A stretch of DNA of 64,000 bases from IMG/VR virus record IMGVR_UViG_3300029951_000015; one strand, given 5' to 3'. The position numbers were made by a program, and so were the translations under genes. The notes beneath the pieces were generated by a model, which was given only the letters and a program-made list of their open reading frames with translations, searched no databases and was not told where the DNA came from. Of the stretch, positions 60,417 through 64,000 are shown in pieces (position 1 is the first letter of the stretch; every line of letters begins with the position of its first letter). This DNA is from a virus.

Positions 60417-62547
60417 TGAAATCAGCCTCACCAACTTCCGGCAATTTACCGATCGTACAGTCGTCTTCGGTGCCGGCAACACGTCGCTGCGCGGTGCAAA
60501 CGAGGGCGGAAAGAGCACCATCATCGAAGGTTTCCTGTACTTGGTCGGCGGCGTCAAGGCTTGCCGCAACAATGACTTCGTTACTTGGGGCGCTAAAGCA
60601 TCAACCTGCAAAGTCGAAGGCTTGCTCACGCTGCAAGGCACGCAGATCCGCGCCACGCGCGGCAAGTCCGGCGCTGAAATCTACGTGCCGCACTCGGCTG
60701 ACAAACCGACCATCGTCGGCCAAAACGAGGTCACGGCCTGGTTCAGTGAGCAGCTGGGCGCATCGTTCGACGTGATCAAGAAAATGTGCTTCGCCGGACA
60801 GAAGGAAATCGGTGGTTTGCTCGATGAAGGCAATACTAAGGCTGTCGAGTTCATCGAAGACATGTCCGGTCTAGACATTGTCGAGTTCTTCATTGGTAAG
60901 ATCCAGGCAACCGGTAAAGTCGGCGTCACCACGGCATTGGTCGAGCGCGCGCACAACGACCGCGACCAGCTTGAGCTGAGCAAGGGTTACGGCTCCAGCG
61001 CCGAGCAAAACATCAAATCCTGCGAAGCGCAGATCGTGCCTCTTGAGAAAACATCGCAACTGCTTACTTCTCAGGTCGAGGAAGCCGAAGATGTCTTGAA
61101 AGCGGATCGCGAGCTACTGCGTATAGCCACGCGGCGTTCGTCCCTGCTCGAATCTGCAAAACAACGCAAAACAGCCGCAATTTTGGCTCTTGACAAGGCC
61201 ACAAACACGCGAGAAGGCACCGCCAGCGCCCTTGCGGAAGCTCGCCTTGATGCTGCCCTTGAGGCAGAGCTAGAAACGGCACAGGCGAGGCAACAAAATG
61301 TGGAAGATTCCACAATTCGCATAAAAATGAAGCAGGCTCTCGACGCGTGGCCAGCGCCCGAGGCGGAATGGGATGAAGGTCTCCCCGCGCTGCAGAAATT
61401 CGTCGCCGACAACCGAAACCTGGAAAACGACGCGAGCCGTCGAATCGCGTCATGCAGGAAAGACATCGCTGTTGCTGAAGCGAAAAAGGTTAATTCGAGT
61501 GCATGCGGTTTGTGCGGGAAGGATGTCAGTGAATTTCCGGAAGTCGCCAAGAAAAACGCAGCGTTGGACGCTGCGGCCGAAGCACTGCGGGCCGAAGTGG
61601 TAATCCTGCTGGCCCATTCGGAAGACTACGTAGCCAACATCGAGGCCGGCGCAGCGATCTTGGCTGCGCCGAGTTTCCCCCACGCGCACAAGCGCCCCGA
61701 TCTGTTCGAGATCGACTGCAAGTATGTGCCGTTCCGTGTCAAGTGGGTCGGCGGTGAAGTCGGAGCCGCTGCGCCGAGTCTGCTGTCACAAATCGCAGCG
61801 TTGAAGGCCGAGCGCCAGGCACGCGCAACGCTGGAACGCGCGGCGGCCACTGCGCAGGCCGCGTTCGACGCCGCTGATGCGGCCTTGACCGCATTGACGG
61901 GCGATCTGGTGGCGCTCGAAGCCGGGCCGGCGACGGTTGAGAGCGACATCGCTGAGCGGATCGCGATTGCCGAAGGTGTGCTGACGCAGCTCCGGGTGGA
62001 GCTTTCCCTTGTCGACAGGGAGTTGGCCGGTCTGCGGAGTCAGCTGACCAGTCTGCGGATCAGCTTCAGAGATTTGGCGGTGACCCTGGAGCGGCTTAAA
62101 TCTTCACTCGCCGTCACGGAAGCTGATCTGGCCACCTACGAGTTTCACAACAAGCTGATTGAGGATTTGCGTAAGGCGCGGCCGGTCGTTGCTAACCGGC
62201 TCTGGAACATGGTCTTGAAGGCGGTTTCAACCTATCTCACCCGGATGCGCAACGAGCCGTCCATCGTCGAGCGCCAGGACAAGACGTTCATTGTGAATGG
62301 CAAGCCCTATACCTCGTACTCAGGCAGCGCCATCGACTTGCTGGCGCTCGGCATCCGCATAGCTCTCACCAAAATCTTCGTGCCCGGCGCGGACATGCTA
62401 GTGCTCGACGAGCCGTTCGCAGCTTGCACGCCCGAGCGGACGCTTCAGTGCTTGGCTTTCGCGGTTGCGGCTGGCTTCTCGCAGACGATCATCATCACGC
62501 ACGAGGGCGGTACCGAGCAAGTTTTCGATCATATCGTGGAGGTGTGA
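60409..62547 (+). CDS. sbcC: SbcC/Rad50-like ATPase
   Basis: LRGANEGGKST (Walker A), a long Ala/Glu/Leu coiled coil, YSGSAIDLLALGIRIAL (signature-like), MLVLDEPF (Walker B). Confidence 0.75.
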   Translation: MLNEISLTNFRQFTDRTVVFGAGNTSLRGANEGGKSTIIEGFLYLVGGVKACRNNDFVTWGAKASTCKVEGLLTLQGTQIRATRGKSGAEIYVPHSADKPTIVGQNEVTAWFSEQLGASFDVIKKMCFAGQKEIGGLLDEGNTKAVEFIEDMSGLDIVEFFIGKIQATGKVGVTTALVERAHNDRDQLELSKGYGSSAEQNIKSCEAQIVPLEKTSQLLTSQVEEAEDVLKADRELLRIATRRSSLLESAKQRKTAAILALDKATNTREGTASALAEARLDAALEAELETAQARQQNVEDSTIRIKMKQALDAWPAPEAEWDEGLPALQKFVADNRNLENDASRRIASCRKDIAVAEAKKVNSSACGLCGKDVSEFPEVAKKNAALDAAAEALRAEVVILLAHSEDYVANIEAGAAILAAPSFPHAHKRPDLFEIDCKYVPFRVKWVGGEVGAAAPSLLSQIAALKAERQARATLERAAATAQAAFDAADAALTALTGDLVALEAGPATVESDIAERIAIAEGVLTQLRVELSLVDRELAGLRSQLTSLRISFRDLAVTLERLKSSLAVTEADLATYEFHNKLIEDLRKARPVVANRLWNMVLKAVSTYLTRMRNEPSIVERQDKTFIVNGKPYTSYSGSAIDLLALGIRIALTKIFVPGADMLVLDEPFAACTPERTLQCLAFAVAAGFSQTIIITHEGGTEQVFDHIVEV

Positions 62548-62698
62548 CGTGAGTGGCTACGCCAAGTCGCTGTTGAGGCTTATCGAAATGTCTAAAAGTC
62601 CCTTCGGCGTTGGCGTGTCCACGCGTGGAGATATGCGATTCATGGCCGACTGCATTATCAGCGGCACTTACTGTAAACCGTTTAGAGGAGTGTATTAA

Positions 62699-63574
62699 AT
62701 GAGCCTTACCTGGGAACACCAATATCTTGACCTCCTGGCCGAGCTGCTGCACAGCGGCAATCAGAAAGGCGACCGCACGGGAACGGGCACACGCAGCCTC
62801 TTTGGCCGCCAGATCCGCATCGACCTGCAGCGGGAATTTCCGCTGATGACGACCAAGTTTGTCCCGTTCAAGGCTGTGGACGGCGAACTCCGCTGGATGC
62901 TCAGCGGCTCGACGAGCGCCAAGGAGCTGGTCGAGAAGTATGGCACGACCATTTGGAACGAGTGGGCAGATGAATACGGCGATCTTGGGCCGGTATATGG
63001 CGCGCAGTGGCGCACCTGGTGCGGTGTGAACGTCAACACTGATGCCTGCAGCGACGTGGTGGTAGTCGACCAGATCGCAGAGGTGATCAAAAGTCTGCGG
63101 GAACGCCCGAATAGCCGGCGGCACGTCGTGAGCGCTTGGAACGTAACGGATCTGCCGGACGAGGCATTGACCCCACAAGAGAACGTCGCAGCGGGCAAGA
63201 TGGCGCTATCGCCGTGCCACTGTCTGTTCCAGTTCTACGTGAACGACGGCAAGCTGTCGTGCCTGCTCTATCAGCGCAGCTGCGATATCTTCCTTGGCGT
63301 ACCGTTCAATATCCCGAGCTACGCTCTGCTGACGCATATCATCGCCTCGCTCGTGGGTCTCGACGTGGGCGAGTTTATCTGGACCGGTGGAGATGTCCAT
63401 TTGTACAACAATCACGTCGACCAGGCGCGCACACAACTGGCTCGGCAACCCACCGCGGCACCTCAGCTGCAGTGGAGCCATGCCCCGGTATCGCTCGACC
63501 AGCTCGGCGCAGATTGTTTTGAGGTTGTAGACTACACGCCACAGGCGGCTATCAAGGCTGCGGTCTCAGTGTGA
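62699..63574 (+). CDS. thyA: thymidylate synthase (ThyA family)
   Basis: DRTGTGTRSLFG, SRRHVVSAWN, LSPCHCLFQFYV, LYQRSCDIFLGVPFNIPSYALL, GGDVHLYNNH. Confidence 0.85.
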   Translation: MSLTWEHQYLDLLAELLHSGNQKGDRTGTGTRSLFGRQIRIDLQREFPLMTTKFVPFKAVDGELRWMLSGSTSAKELVEKYGTTIWNEWADEYGDLGPVYGAQWRTWCGVNVNTDACSDVVVVDQIAEVIKSLRERPNSRRHVVSAWNVTDLPDEALTPQENVAAGKMALSPCHCLFQFYVNDGKLSCLLYQRSCDIFLGVPFNIPSYALLTHIIASLVGLDVGEFIWTGGDVHLYNNHVDQARTQLARQPTAAPQLQWSHAPVSLDQLGADCFEVVDYTPQAAIKAAVSV

Positions 63575-63625
63575 TATTCTGGCGGCTTGGTCTGCACGAC
63601 GGGCCGCCTACCTTGAGAACCTAGA

Positions 63626-64000
63626 ATGAAAATAAAATGGCTGCTTCTCGCGATGTCCGCAGCGGTCTTGGCCTCCGGCTGTGCGCCTACCGTGTATCCG
63701 TCAGCTTACGAACCGGTTCCTGATCCAGTCCACTGCAAGGCTGGGCGGCAGTGTGAGGCTGAGTGGGTTGCAGCGCAAGAGGCGGTCGAAAGCGCAAGCT
63801 TCATGAAGTTGCGTATGGTCACCGACACGCGCCTTGAAACATATCCGGAGGCTACATCCGGCCGCATGCAGGGAACAGTTACCAAGTTCCCTGCGCCGGA
63901 CGGAAGTTACGTCATAGCCGCACAATTCACCTGCTACACCCTGCCTGGATGTGACTCGGCCCAAGCGCTGATCAACTTCACAGCTCACATCAAGTACGCG
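63626..64000 (+). CDS. lipoprotein, N-terminal part (runs off right edge)
   Basis: ATG 63626. MKIKWLLLAMSAAVLASGC lipobox. Open to the window end, so not in the ORF track. Confidence 0.45.
   Translation, partial: MKIKWLLLAMSAAVLASGCAPTVYPSAYEPVPDPVHCKAGRQCEAEWVAAQEAVESASFMKLRMVTDTRLETYPEATSGRMQGTVTKFPAPDGSYVIAAQFTCYTLPGCDSAQALINFTAHIKYA

Noticed and set aside
62699-63574. ThyA homologue as a dCMP hydroxymethylase (hypermodification entry enzyme)
   Set aside because: The specificity position reads Asn (PFNIPSY), as in dUMP-using thymidylate synthases, not the Asp of dCMP hydroxymethylases. dUMP hydroxymethylase activity cannot be excluded from sequence alone.
1-64000. Integrated prophage with integrase and att sites
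   Set aside because: I saw no tyrosine or serine recombinase motifs and no flanking bacterial genes anywhere in the window. Integration elsewhere in the element cannot be excluded.

Overview
The window is essentially all bacteriophage DNA, moderately GC-rich by eye. Two divergent arms meet in an AT-rich switch region at about 7.35-7.9 kb.

Left arm (1-7348, minus strand): packaging and head genes in the order terS, four small genes, terL, portal, Mu-F-like head morphogenesis, scaffold, and the start of the major capsid gene.

Right arm (7917-64000, plus strand, with two minus-strand exceptions): about 100 tightly packed early/middle genes, many translationally coupled. A reiterated promoter box (TTGCWN-AAACTATAAAWNCGG-TATTAT-TAG) splits them into at least nine transcription units. 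The box is often preceded by a reiterated ~31-bp palindrome.

Recognisable content:
- HNH homing endonuclease, HU/IHF-like protein, two Bro-N-like proteins, and a small alarmone hydrolase.
- A plasmid-style maintenance block: ParA plus an RHH partner, an iteron origin plus a TrfA-like initiator, and a ParB/KorB-like protein.
- A replisome set: stand-alone Spo11/TopoVI-A-like protein, SNF2 helicase, AEP-primase/SF3-helicase fusion, DnaQ-like exonuclease, full-length Pol I, PD-(D/E)XK nuclease, RecD/Dda-like helicase, ATP-dependent ligase and an SbcCD-like nuclease.
- Nucleotide metabolism: three all-alpha NTP-pyrophosphatase-type genes, an HD phosphohydrolase and ThyA.

I saw no integrase, tRNA, CRISPR, tail or lysis genes in the window.

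Most interesting observations:
1. The element looks like a phage-plasmid with an IncP-like (TrfA/ParA/KorB-like) backbone.
2. A second array of 11 helically phased 24-bp repeats is unrelated to the TrfA iterons.
3. The dispersed palindrome-plus-promoter cassettes look like a global regulon.
4. A TopoVI-A-like gene has no B subunit.
5. An orphan operon at 33.2-37.3 kb has no recognisable function.

All homology statements rest on motif recognition by eye, not on database searches.
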